From assembly GCA_016432645.1 (NCBI GenBank), contig CP066698.1, positions 453,062 to 517,061 of the forward strand: 64,000 nt of DNA. Direction: 5' to 3'. The notes beneath the pieces were generated by a model that saw only the letters and a program-made list of their open reading frames with translations, did no database searches and was not told the DNA's origin. The DNA is from Candidatus Falkowbacteria bacterium. Its GTDB lineage: Bacteria > Patescibacteriota > Patescibacteriia > Patescibacteriales > UBA12465. Both the position numbers and the translations under genes were made by a program. Shown one piece after another: positions 9,650 to 18,718 of this stretch. Position 1 is the stretch's first letter. Every line of letters begins with the position of its first letter.

Positions 9650-10999
9650 TTAATAGCACTCGCAAGTTCCATACGACTGAGCCACCCAAGAACCGCAATA
9701 ATCACAATAATATTGATCCCCCATACATCCCTGGCAATAACCGTAACCGCCGTTACAGTAACCGCCGGAATAACCAATATAAGTACAGAAACTGCTATTG
9801 CCATATCCATAACAAGCGCTATTATCTGAACAAACTTCGCCGCCGCAATCGCCATAGCAATTAGACGGTCCTTCCGTCGTTGTATAACAAATACCGTCAC
9901 CGCAATAACCACAATCCTTTACGCAGCTAGCGGCGGTTTCCCCGCTATCGCAAACTCCGTTACCGCAGCAAATTTCCGCGCAAGTTTTACAAGTAGTGTT
10001 GGAAAAAGTATAAGAGACTTCACAGCCATTAGCTAAACTACCGTCACAATTACAATATTGTCCGCCTGTACATTTAGCGGGATTACAAGAAGGATAAGGA
10101 CATGAGGTCCAGCGAGTATTGGTGCACCAACAGCTGGAAGCGGCCGTCGCTCCGGCGGAAGAAGTCATGTTAGCCGGACAAGTAGTTGCAGCTGCGGTTC
10201 CGCCCGTACAATAAGAGCCGACTGGACACTGAACACAGGTTGTTCCGCTGATATAATATCCGGCATTACAAGAACAAGTTTCCCCAGTAATCGTGACCGT
10301 ACCGTCAAAACAAGTAGCCGTAGCAGAACAAGAACCGTTAGTGATTGTTCTGCTGACTGATTGAGTACTATTAGCGCCGCCACTCTCTAAAGCATTATAA
10401 GAATATCCGCCCGAAGCACCGGCAGCACAATTTAACATACAAACATAATAACAACCATAAGTTGATTGATACCAAGAGCCGCTAGTGTAACGATAACCAG
10501 TATTGCAAGTTGGAACCGTACCGGTATTAGTAATAGTAACAACTCCGGTAGCACTGCAATTGGCGGTCGCACTTAAATGACCGCCATCGGTATGATAACA
10601 GGCCGGCTTATAGGCTACCCCTGTGGAACCATAATTAATGGCCGAATAAGACCAACCATCCGTTGTGCCCATCGGACATTGCGGGTTAACACAATCATCA
10701 ATCGCATCCGAACCAGCTGGTGAAACTTTGCCGCCCGTACAAGCGATTCTATCGGTAGCTCCCGGACAGTAATAATTAGCCGTGCAAGTGGAACAACTGG
10801 AGGCGCCGGCGGCGCTGTAAGTGCCGGCGGCACAAGTTCCGGAAACAGCCGTGTTACCAGTACTGCAATATGAAGAACCAGACTCTGAACAGAAAGGGCT
10901 AGAGGGAGCGGTCCCGGCAGCAATCACTGATTTAATTATCAACGCTACGGTAAATACTAGCGCTAATGAAGATAATGTAACAACAATGGCCTTCTTCAT
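9650..10999 (-). CDS. Secreted Cys-rich repeat protein (about 52 Cys in 449 aa)
   Basis: It has a signal peptide and motifs CxAGTY, CSTCTANYYCPG, CVQCPVGSYCTGG, CGNGVCDSGETAASCVKDCGYCGDGIC and a C-terminal Cys/Gly/Tyr tail. It shares a block (GxCSxTAxCxxGTVTxxGExxxCNAGYx) with the 1235-aa neighbour. Confidence 0.75.
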   Translation of the reverse strand: MKKAIVVTLSSLALVFTVALIIKSVIAAGTAPSSPFCSESGSSYCSTGNTAVSGTCAAGTYSAAGASSCSTCTANYYCPGATDRIACTGGKVSPAGSDAIDDCVNPQCPMGTTDGWSYSAINYGSTGVAYKPACYHTDGGHLSATANCSATGVVTITNTGTVPTCNTGYRYTSGSWYQSTYGCYYVCMLNCAAGASGGYSYNALESGGANSTQSVSRTITNGSCSATATCFDGTVTITGETCSCNAGYYISGTTCVQCPVGSYCTGGTAAATTCPANMTSSAGATAASSCWCTNTRWTSCPYPSCNPAKCTGGQYCNCDGSLANGCEVSYTFSNTTCKTCAEICCGNGVCDSGETAASCVKDCGYCGDGICYTTTEGPSNCYGDCGGEVCSDNSACYGYGNSSFCTYIGYSGGYCNGGYGYCQGCMGDQYYCDYCGSWVAQSYGTCECY

Positions 11000-11005
11000 A
11001 AAATT

Positions 11006-14000
11006 TTAATTATTTATATATTGGTTATCCGTATAAGAAGAACCGGAATAATCATAATAATCAGCCGAACCGTCACAATAAGAACCGGCGGGGCAATTTG
11101 TACAAGCGGAAGCGCTGGTTCCGCCGCTACTAGAATTATACTTACCAGCCGGACAGCTGTATTTAATCCCACCACTACAATATGACCCGGCCGGGCAAGT
11201 AATACATAATTTATTTCCCGAATGACAATAAGTATAATCAACCATTAATCCCGACGGATAAGATATGCTATCTAAATAATAAGTTCCTGCCGGGCAAGTA
11301 TAGCAACTGGCGGCCGAGGTGGCATTACAATTAGAAGTAGTGCTCCCGGAACAAATATTTTGATGAGTATCGGTGCTGCCAGCCGGACAATACCAACCGG
11401 CAAAACAACCGCCGTCACAAGTACTGACAGTATTGCCATAGGAATAGCCCGCATAGCCAGCCGCACAGCTAGCCTTTAACCCGCCGCTACAATATGAGCC
11501 CGGCTCGCATTGCGTTTGTCCGGTTCTAGTAGTGGAAGTTCCGCCGGTAGTATAATAACCGGAGGAAACTGTATAGCGAGTGTTGTTGTTGCAATAATAT
11601 TGATTGGGCGAGGCCATATTATAACCACAATCATAACAAGTTGAACCGCTTAAATATTGACCGCTTGGACAGTTGCAGGTATCTACCGAACAAGTTGAAT
11701 AAGTATAATTGCTGGGACTCCAGCCACCAGAAGTACAAGTTTGAGTCTGACTGGAACAACTGGAACCGCAAGCGACCGAAGATGTAGAATACATTGTCTG
11801 TGTGCTTACTGAAGAATAACTGGTAGCCGAATAATTATTTGGACTCCAAGATCCTGATGATTGGCAGGTTTGGGTTTCGGAATTATATCCATAAACACCG
11901 CAGCTATTAGTCGCATCGGCATATCTAACCCTAGTACTTAAGGTCGGAGCTGAAGCGGCAGTATAGGTACCATTAAAAGCACCAGAAGATTGGCAGGTTT
12001 GGGTTTCGCTGTATGCTCCCCAGACGCCACAAGCAGAAGTGGCGGCGGCATACATAGTGCGGGTAGTGTTAGCAGGAGTCGAACTTAAAGTATAAGACCC
12101 TGACCAAGAGCCTGAGGATTGGCAAGTCTGGCTTTCACTATAATAACCATAAGTACCACAAGCGGAAGTGGCGGCCGCATAACGTGTACGCGTGCTCGCT
12201 GCAGGCGCGGAACTTAAAGTATAAGAACCACTCCAAGAGCCGGAAGCTTGGCAAGTCTGACCTTCACTACTATAACCATAGGTGCCGCAGGCGGAAGTGG
12301 CGGCTGCATACATAGTTCTGGTACTCGCCGAAGGCGCGGAACTCAAAGCATAAGAACCGCTCCAGGAGCCGGAAGCTTGGCAAGTCTGACTTTCACTAGC
12401 AGAACCATATGTTCCACAAGCAGAAGTCGCCGCCACATACATCGTGCGCGTACTCGCCGAAGGAGCGGATGTCAAAGTATATGTCCCATTAAACGAACCG
12501 GATGACTGACAAGTTTGAGTTTCGCTGTTGGCGCCGTAAGTGCCGCAAGCAGACGTTGCCGCCGCATAACGCGTGCGCGTAGTATTTGTGGGAATTGAAG
12601 CTAAAGAATAAGTGCCATTCCAAACACCGGTTGCTTGACAGGTTTGAGTTTCTTGAGCATAACCGTAAGTTCCACAAGCCGAACTTAAAGCCGCATACAT
12701 GGTTCTAGTCGCTCCTGGAGTACAACTACAACTGGTGCCGCAATCGCCGCAAGTCGCACAAGTTTCACCATTATTACAAACGCCGTCGCCGCAACGAGAT
12801 TCACAACCATCGGCGCAACTAGTATTAATATCAAAATAACCAGCATTACAAGCGGCTGATTCTCCGCTAACTGTTACCGTGCCGCTATTGCAATTGGCTG
12901 TACCGGAACAATTTCCCTGGGTAACCACTTTGGAAACTGCTTGAGTAAAGCCATAATTAATATTGGAAAAAGTATAACCATTAACCGTCCCGCCAACACA
13001 ATAAGAGGCGGTACAAGCTGAGGAAGAAGTAGAACCGGCCGGCGAAGTATAGCCAGAGGTACAAGCCGTACAAGACGCGGAACTAGTGCCATTAACTCCG
13101 GCATTATAAGTGTTAATCGGACAGGTTGTATGATTAGTGCCGCCCGTACAATAGTAACCAGCACCGCAATTACCACAAGTTGTATTCCCTGTAGTCGTAT
13201 TAAAATAGCCGGCGGCGCAAGCAACGCAAGCAGTGACGCTAGTTTGACCAGTTAAAGCATTGGCTGTCCCAGCGGCACAGGCAGTTTGCGTGGCGCTGGA
13301 ACTACCGGCCGGACAATAATAACCAGCCGCACAAGTACCGGCAATAATACCGCCAACACAATATGAACCGGCGGTACATTGAGTTTGCCCGGTTCTAGTG
13401 GTGGAAGTTCCGCCAGTCGTGTAATAGCCGGTAGTAACATCAAAACAAGCCGCATCGCCACCATCAGACCATTTAGCATCCGAACCACAAGCGGTTTGAT
13501 CGCCACCGGTACAATAATACCCGGCACCGCAAACGGCTTGTCCGGTTCTAGTGGTGATCGTCCCTCCAGTAGTGTAGTAACCAGTTGAAACTGTAAAACA
13601 AGCAGCATCACCACCATCAGACCATTTATCATTGGCACCGCAAGCAAAGCGGCGATAATCATTAGCCGGAGAATAATAACCAGCTTCTACCAATTGGCAA
13701 ATACCATCGCGATTACTATCATAATAACCGGCCGCACAAGTATAAGAACCTGAAGGAGTAGAATTATAACCAACCGTACAAATACCGCTCGTCGCGCTCA
13801 CGTTACCGGTCGCGCAACAATAACCGTCAGAACAAGTTGTACAAGTTCCCGAACCTGGAGCGCTACTATAAGTACTGAAAGCGCAGGCTGACTGCGTACC
13901 ATTAGTACAGTAACTACCGGCGGCGCATTGCGTCTGCCCAGTTCTGGTTGTGGCTGTTCCGCCGGTGGTGTAATAACCCGCAGAAACCGTAAAACAAGCA

Positions 14001-14713
14001 GCCTCGCCCCCATCAGCCCATTTATCATTTGCGCCGCAAGGATATTGTTGATAATCATTTACAGGAGAATAATAACCGGGCAAAGTAGCCTCACAAACAC
14101 CATCACGATTACTATCATAATAACCGGCCGCACAAGTATAAATACCGGTTGTTGCCGAATTATAGCCAGCGGCACAGGCATTGCTACTGCTAGTAGTATT
14201 CCCTGTTCCGCAGCAAAAACCATCACTACAAAGATTGGAAGTACCCGAAGTACAATAATAAGCATAACCACATTGCGCCTGTCCGGTTCTGGTTATAGTC
14301 GTGCCGCCGGTAGAATAATAACCAGTGCTAACCGCTGAACGGCTGCAATCGCCAACGCAATAATTTGGATTACCACCGCAAGCCGTACAAACGCTCGCAT
14401 TCAAATAATAACCAGCCGAGCAAGCACAACAACTGGCTAAAGTTATTTCTGCTGGTTTATGAGAAACAAAAACATTCCACTCGTTAAGCGATTTAGTCGG
14501 AATAAAAAAATTCTTGGTCAGCGAACTATTGGAAACTACTTGGCAAATATCGCCGGAGGCGCTAGGAACGGTAATAGAGGTTCCGGAAGTATTCTTAGAG
14601 GCGACCCAACCGGTTGAAACCGTATTGTAAGTTCCAGCTAAAGCAATAAGCGGCAAAAAAATAAAAGCCGCCGCCACTAAATAACTCTTAAATTTTGAAA
14701 AGCGCTTGACCAT
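11006..14713 (-). CDS. Giant secreted Cys-rich repeat protein (ephrin-receptor-like / GCC2_GCC3-type CxxCxxGxY repeats)
   Basis: 1235 aa with a signal peptide. It has dozens of C..C.(A/P)G.Y units (e.g. CITCPAGSYCSGGIKYSCPAGKYNSSSGGTSASACTNCPAGSYCDG), five copies of GYYTTGGTxTTRTGQxQC, and an internal 43-aa tandem array. Confidence 0.8.
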   Translation of the reverse strand: MVKRFSKFKSYLVAAAFIFLPLIALAGTYNTVSTGWVASKNTSGTSITVPSASGDICQVVSNSSLTKNFFIPTKSLNEWNVFVSHKPAEITLASCCACSAGYYLNASVCTACGGNPNYCVGDCSRSAVSTGYYSTGGTTITRTGQAQCGYAYYCTSGTSNLCSDGFCCGTGNTTSSSNACAAGYNSATTGIYTCAAGYYDSNRDGVCEATLPGYYSPVNDYQQYPCGANDKWADGGEAACFTVSAGYYTTGGTATTRTGQTQCAAGSYCTNGTQSACAFSTYSSAPGSGTCTTCSDGYCCATGNVSATSGICTVGYNSTPSGSYTCAAGYYDSNRDGICQLVEAGYYSPANDYRRFACGANDKWSDGGDAACFTVSTGYYTTGGTITTRTGQAVCGAGYYCTGGDQTACGSDAKWSDGGDAACFDVTTGYYTTGGTSTTRTGQTQCTAGSYCVGGIIAGTCAAGYYCPAGSSSATQTACAAGTANALTGQTSVTACVACAAGYFNTTTGNTTCGNCGAGYYCTGGTNHTTCPINTYNAGVNGTSSASCTACTSGYTSPAGSTSSSACTASYCVGGTVNGYTFSNINYGFTQAVSKVVTQGNCSGTANCNSGTVTVSGESAACNAGYFDINTSCADGCESRCGDGVCNNGETCATCGDCGTSCSCTPGATRTMYAALSSACGTYGYAQETQTCQATGVWNGTYSLASIPTNTTRTRYAAATSACGTYGANSETQTCQSSGSFNGTYTLTSAPSASTRTMYVAATSACGTYGSASESQTCQASGSWSGSYALSSAPSASTRTMYAAATSACGTYGYSSEGQTCQASGSWSGSYTLSSAPAASTRTRYAAATSACGTYGYYSESQTCQSSGSWSGSYTLSSTPANTTRTMYAAATSACGVWGAYSETQTCQSSGAFNGTYTAASAPTLSTRVRYADATNSCGVYGYNSETQTCQSSGSWSPNNYSATSYSSVSTQTMYSTSSVACGSSCSSQTQTCTSGGWSPSNYTYSTCSVDTCNCPSGQYLSGSTCYDCGYNMASPNQYYCNNNTRYTVSSGYYTTGGTSTTRTGQTQCEPGSYCSGGLKASCAAGYAGYSYGNTVSTCDGGCFAGWYCPAGSTDTHQNICSGSTTSNCNATSAASCYTCPAGTYYLDSISYPSGLMVDYTYCHSGNKLCITCPAGSYCSGGIKYSCPAGKYNSSSGGTSASACTNCPAGSYCDGSADYYDYSGSSYTDNQYINN
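11681..12709 (-). repeat. Tandem array of about 8 units of 129 bp (43 aa) inside the 1235-aa gene
   Basis: Units follow TRTMYAAATSACGTYGYSSEGQTCQASGSWSGSYTLSSAPAAS (7 good copies plus 1 degenerate). The DNA period was checked from tggcaggtt at 11862 versus 11991 (129 bp). Confidence 0.85.
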
Positions 14714-14745
14714 ACGCGTGGGTTTTAATTTTTGCTTATCCTCTG

Positions 14746-15270
14746 TTATTTAGACAATTCTTTAACCTGAGCTTTCAATAAATCAATTTCTGCCTGCTGT
14801 TCTTTAACAGCTTCAATTAATAAGGCAACGATATTGCCATACTTAACCGCCTTCAAACCATCATTACCGGTTACTACTAATTCCGGAACTACTTTTTCAA
14901 CCTCTTGAGCAATCAAACCGATTTCTGCCTGGCCGTCTTTTTTCCAATTGAAAGATACGCCTTCCAAGGAATTAATTTTGTTCAGTGCGCCTGAGAGTTG
15001 AGCAACATTATCTTTTAACCTCAAATCGGAAGAATATAAAAATTCAGTGGCCGTTATGGAACCGGAAGAAACTAAATTAGCGCCGTCATTAGTTAAGACG
15101 CTGCTGGCTTCCCAGCCACTGGCACCATAGCGCAAAGTTTGTGCGCTAGTTCCATTCGGCAAACCGCTGCCCAAATAAGCGGCCTCTACCGGTTTATTAA
15201 AATTAATCAAAACCGCACCAGCCGTTAAGACAACTAACAATCCGAAGGAAATTAATAATTTCTTGTACAT
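14746..15270 (-). CDS. Stand-alone Peptidase_S74 (tail-fibre/endosialidase intramolecular chaperone) domain protein with signal anchor
   Basis: YSSDLRLKDNVAQLSGALNKINSLEGVSFNWKKDGQAEIGLIAQEVEKVVPELVVTGNDGLKAVKYGNIVALLIEAVKEQQAEIDLLKAQVKEL matches the S74 pattern (SD.RLK.NI...L..L.gv.f.wk.....iG.iAQEve.v.PElV......v.Y..l...lieAiKe). The N-terminus is hydrophobic. Confidence 0.8.
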   Translation of the reverse strand: MYKKLLISFGLLVVLTAGAVLINFNKPVEAAYLGSGLPNGTSAQTLRYGASGWEASSVLTNDGANLVSSGSITATEFLYSSDLRLKDNVAQLSGALNKINSLEGVSFNWKKDGQAEIGLIAQEVEKVVPELVVTGNDGLKAVKYGNIVALLIEAVKEQQAEIDLLKAQVKELSK

Positions 15271-15296
15271 ATTTTTATTTTTAAATTAATAACAAT

Positions 15297-17807
15297 TTAG
15301 TAGATAAACCAATCAGAGCCGTTACAATAAACCGGCGTGGAATTATAAGAGTCTAAAGAAATGGTATTTTGGCCGGCGATTGTCGTTGCTCCTTCTGGAT
15401 CAATTATCACTGCAAAAGTACTGCTGGCCTCATTAACAACAATAAATGTGCGGCCGGAAGCACAAAGCGCAGTCGGTAAAGTCACGGTGCGGTCTGCGGT
15501 TAAAGAAGTATAGGCAATAATATAATCAGTCGCCAGTGCGGTATAATTTGTATTAGCAACTGCTGTTCTCTTATTAATAATACCGCCACCAAAACTAAGC
15601 GCTGAAGAGACTTCAGATAAAAGTCCTTGATATAGAGCGCCAGTATTATCGGCTACTACATACTTATTACCCGCTCCACCCAGTAAAGAATGGGTGGTGG
15701 CCAGAGTGTTGCGTAAGGAGCCGACAATATCTAATTTTGCTGCCGGATTAGTAATTCCAATCCCCACGTTGCCGGTATTATAATAAATTGAAGTTCCATT
15801 AGTAGTCCACTGGCTAGAAGAAAATGCTGTACCATTTACCCGGAAAGCGCCAGTAACATTAACATCCCCAACCACATCTAATTTATACAGCGGACTGGAA
15901 GTACCGATGCCAATATTGCCATTAGCAAATAGATTTCTAATATTTAAATCGCGATAAGCACTCAGAGTTCCGGCAGTAACCGTGACGCCGTCATAAATTT
16001 CTAAAGCACCGGTGGTTGTTCGGCGTAAGCCGACATCTTTGGTGCCGCTATAAGCAGTCGTGCCCGACCAAGCAAACGGAAAATCTTTATTCAAATAAAG
16101 ATAAGAAGAAGTTAAATAATAATTACCAGCTTGATCTAATAAGTTGGGGATATAAACATTGGTGTCGCCCGTTCTCTTTTGAATTGCCATGCTGCCGGTC
16201 TCTGAATAAGTAGAAACCGCGCCATCACTGGCAATTTCGACTGCGCGGCTATAAACACCCCACAAGGTATAAGATAAATTACTATAGTTAGCGCTATAAG
16301 CACTATCAACAGTAACTACTGAAGTTGAGGTGTAGCCCGTAATAATTCGACTCTCGCCGTTAATTGTCAGACGTGAACCAATCATACTGGCGGAAAATTG
16401 AAAATTGACAACCGGGTTAAGAATTGTAACTGTTGTGCCGCTAGTACTGATACTTTGATTGGAATTCGGATTAAACCATTTTTTAATATGATAAAGGATG
16501 CTAACATTACTATTACTAATAAAGGCGGTTGGGGTCATAGAAAATAAAGACCCCGTATTATCAGACATCACAATGACATTGCCAGCTCCGCCAAGCAAAG
16601 ATAGCTGAGTGCTGCCGTTATTAATTATTCCAGGATTAGCGCCAGCGTTAATATTAAGTCTGGCAACTGGGCTGCTTGTTCCAATCCCGACATTACCCAA
16701 ACTACTAACAAATACTCCTTCATTGCCGCCATCACCGGACAACCAATAATTTCCTAATCTAATATTTTGTGTGGCAATATGATCGCCTAAATTATCACCG
16801 CCGGTTGCCGTTCCACAATCTGCAGTTTTTGCAGCTAAATTACCGGAGGCATCGACATAAACGCAGCGATTTCCACTACCGGACAGGGCGGTAGTAATCT
16901 GACCATTTAAATAACTAGTGCCGACAACCGTTAATTTATATAAAGGAGTGGTAGTTCCAATCCCCACGTTCCCTGCTCCGGCATCACCATTATAAATCGT
17001 GCCATTTTTAGTTCCGCTCCATAAGCTAGTTGGGGAATAAGAACTGAAAAAAGCAGCCGTAGTTGTTGAATATAAAGTTCCGGAATTATCCGCCATAATT
17101 ACCACATTACCAGCTGCGCCTAACAAGGGAAATTGAATGCTGCCGTTACCAATTAAACCGGGGTTAGCTCCAGGATTAATATATAATCTAGCCGTTGGAT
17201 TGGTAATGCCAATGCCTAAATTACCGGAATTTAAAATAGTAACTTTATCAGTACCGGCGGTTTGAAATTTTATTCCATAGGCTTGATTATTTAATAAGGT
17301 ATATCCCGTCGCTGAGTCATATAATTTTAAAGTGGCATAACTAGCACCGGCAGGATAGCCATAAATAGAGCCGCCGCCAAAAAGATTAGCCGCGATAGCA
17401 ATATTCCCTTGAACTTCTAATTTTTGCGATGGTGTACTTGTTCCGATTCCAACATTCCCCGCCAGCCCAATATTGGTTCCGTTCAAATTTAATTGCGCAC
17501 CTGAAGCGTTTTCTAAATAAAGATTCCCGGTATTAGTATAAATACCGCCGACCGGATTCCCGACACGCGTAAATTGCAAACCCCAGTAACCGTCCGGTAC
17601 TTCAATTCTCAATTTTTCATTAGCACCAACAGCCCCAGTTCCGATACCAAAATTACCGCCGGTATAAATCGTGTCCGTGGTTGTTCCGAGACTAATTGAT
17701 TTCGCTTGAACCTGAGTCATTAAACCGAACATAAAAAGGCCGGCCAAAGAAAAAATCAGCAGTGCCAGCCTGTTTTTGTTATGTTTAGAATATGAGGAAA
17801 TTAGCAT
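15297..17807 (-). CDS. Giant-family surface fibre protein (836 aa), GNVGIGT-repeat, tail-fibre-like
   Basis: It has a signal peptide and a GAGGAG RBS. Repeated G-N-(V/L)-G-I-G-T-x-x-P-x-x-(K/R)-L motifs are present, plus GDNLGDHIATQNIRLGNYWLSGDGGNEGVFV and one RNTLATTHSLLGGAGN cassette. The C-terminal knob-like domain is ..TVTLPTALCASGRTFIVVN... Confidence 0.75.
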   Translation of the reverse strand: MLISSYSKHNKNRLALLIFSLAGLFMFGLMTQVQAKSISLGTTTDTIYTGGNFGIGTGAVGANEKLRIEVPDGYWGLQFTRVGNPVGGIYTNTGNLYLENASGAQLNLNGTNIGLAGNVGIGTSTPSQKLEVQGNIAIAANLFGGGSIYGYPAGASYATLKLYDSATGYTLLNNQAYGIKFQTAGTDKVTILNSGNLGIGITNPTARLYINPGANPGLIGNGSIQFPLLGAAGNVVIMADNSGTLYSTTTAAFFSSYSPTSLWSGTKNGTIYNGDAGAGNVGIGTTTPLYKLTVVGTSYLNGQITTALSGSGNRCVYVDASGNLAAKTADCGTATGGDNLGDHIATQNIRLGNYWLSGDGGNEGVFVSSLGNVGIGTSSPVARLNINAGANPGIINNGSTQLSLLGGAGNVIVMSDNTGSLFSMTPTAFISNSNVSILYHIKKWFNPNSNQSISTSGTTVTILNPVVNFQFSASMIGSRLTINGESRIITGYTSTSVVTVDSAYSANYSNLSYTLWGVYSRAVEIASDGAVSTYSETGSMAIQKRTGDTNVYIPNLLDQAGNYYLTSSYLYLNKDFPFAWSGTTAYSGTKDVGLRRTTTGALEIYDGVTVTAGTLSAYRDLNIRNLFANGNIGIGTSSPLYKLDVVGDVNVTGAFRVNGTAFSSSQWTTNGTSIYYNTGNVGIGITNPAAKLDIVGSLRNTLATTHSLLGGAGNKYVVADNTGALYQGLLSEVSSALSFGGGIINKRTAVANTNYTALATDYIIAYTSLTADRTVTLPTALCASGRTFIVVNEASSTFAVIIDPEGATTIAGQNTISLDSYNSTPVYCNGSDWFIY

Positions 17808-17878
17808 AGAAATACTCCTCGTTTTAATTTTATGTTAGTCTATTTCCAACACAAAAACTAATTGTGTAAGTTATCTCT

Positions 17879-17887
17879 ATTATAACA
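17879..17887 (-). promoter_or_regulatory. Promoter: -35 TTGCCC, 17-nt spacer, extended -10 TGTTATAAT
   Basis: The minus strand reads TTGCCC-tatatttggaaaaatgt-TATAAT, after the terminator at 17926-17957 and 72 nt before the ATG at 17807. Confidence 0.55.
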
Positions 17888-17925
17888 TTTTTCCAAATAT
17901 AGGGCAACGGGTTATAAGGGCTTAA

Positions 17926-17957
17926 AAACAAAAAACGCGAGCTAAGAAACTCGCGTC
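17926..17957 (-). terminator. Rho-independent terminator of the cupredoxin gene
   Basis: The minus strand reads ACGCGAG-TTTCTTAG-CTCGCGT followed by TTTTTTG. Confidence 0.75.
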
Positions 17958-17978
17958 TTTTAAGTCTATTTTCAGAAT

Positions 17979-18671
17979 TTATTTAACAATCATTTTACCG
18001 ACTTCGCCAGCTTCGGCATGACCCGGAGAAGCACAACGGAAAGTATATTCACCAGCAGTTGTCGGAGCATTAAAAGTAATCGCCTTGGTTTGTCCCGGCC
18101 CGACTAAAATCGCGATAGCCGCGAGACTTGGATCATCGAAAGCGATAACGTGAGAGTAAGAATCAACTCCAGTTAAGGTAAAGGTGGTTGGAGCGCCGAC
18201 AGTTGTCGAGAATGAAGTTGGGCTAAATTTATTGTTGCCAACACTGATACCGACAACATCCTTAGAAATTTCTTCCTTGTTCAAAAATCCGGTTTGTTTA
18301 GGTGCATTTTCCGTCATCGGCTGAGCATTATTATCCGTAACTTGACCGGTTGCGGTCACGACTTTATTGTCAGCAGAAATTGGGTTAGCCCCAGGAACGA
18401 CAACTTTAGCTCCCTCTAAATTAGCGACGTTAGCCTCTTGTAAAGAAGCAGAATTGACTGGAGTAGAAGCGTCTTGCCCTTCTTGGGCAGTCTCAGCGGC
18501 ATTTTCCTGATTAACCGCTCCTCCTTGATTATTAGTAGTTGGCGCCTCATTCTTTTTGCTGGCTAACATTGCTATCACAATAATGACGACAACAAGTAAG
18601 ACTGCAGCAAGAATAAGCACTAACTTGTTCGGCTTCTTAGCGCCGACGTTTGCGTTTTCTTGAGTCTCCAT
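17979..18671 (-). CDS. Membrane-anchored cupredoxin (type-1 copper-like ligand set)
   Basis: It has a TM anchor, a polar linker and a C-terminal domain with ..SYSHVIAFDD.. and ..YTFRCASPGHAEAGEVGKMIVK (His...Cys-x4-His-x9-Met). Confidence 0.65.
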   Translation of the reverse strand: METQENANVGAKKPNKLVLILAAVLLVVVIIVIAMLASKKNEAPTTNNQGGAVNQENAAETAQEGQDASTPVNSASLQEANVANLEGAKVVVPGANPISADNKVVTATGQVTDNNAQPMTENAPKQTGFLNKEEISKDVVGISVGNNKFSPTSFSTTVGAPTTFTLTGVDSYSHVIAFDDPSLAAIAILVGPGQTKAITFNAPTTAGEYTFRCASPGHAEAGEVGKMIVK

Positions 18672-18718
18672 AAATTTATTAATTTAATTATATATTAATT
18701 ATAGTCTTTTTTAATTTT

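Noticed and set aside
9616-14338. Many 60-136-aa ORFs in other frames or strands within the Cys-rich genes (e.g. 9640-9912, 10165-10383, 10615-10923, 12248-12505, 12874-13224, 13252-13662, 13928-14338)
   Set aside because: They are nested in long, repeat-structured, signal-peptide-bearing ORFs. Their translations are low-complexity (L/V/R/P-rich) by-products of the biased TGY/GGN/ACN codon content.
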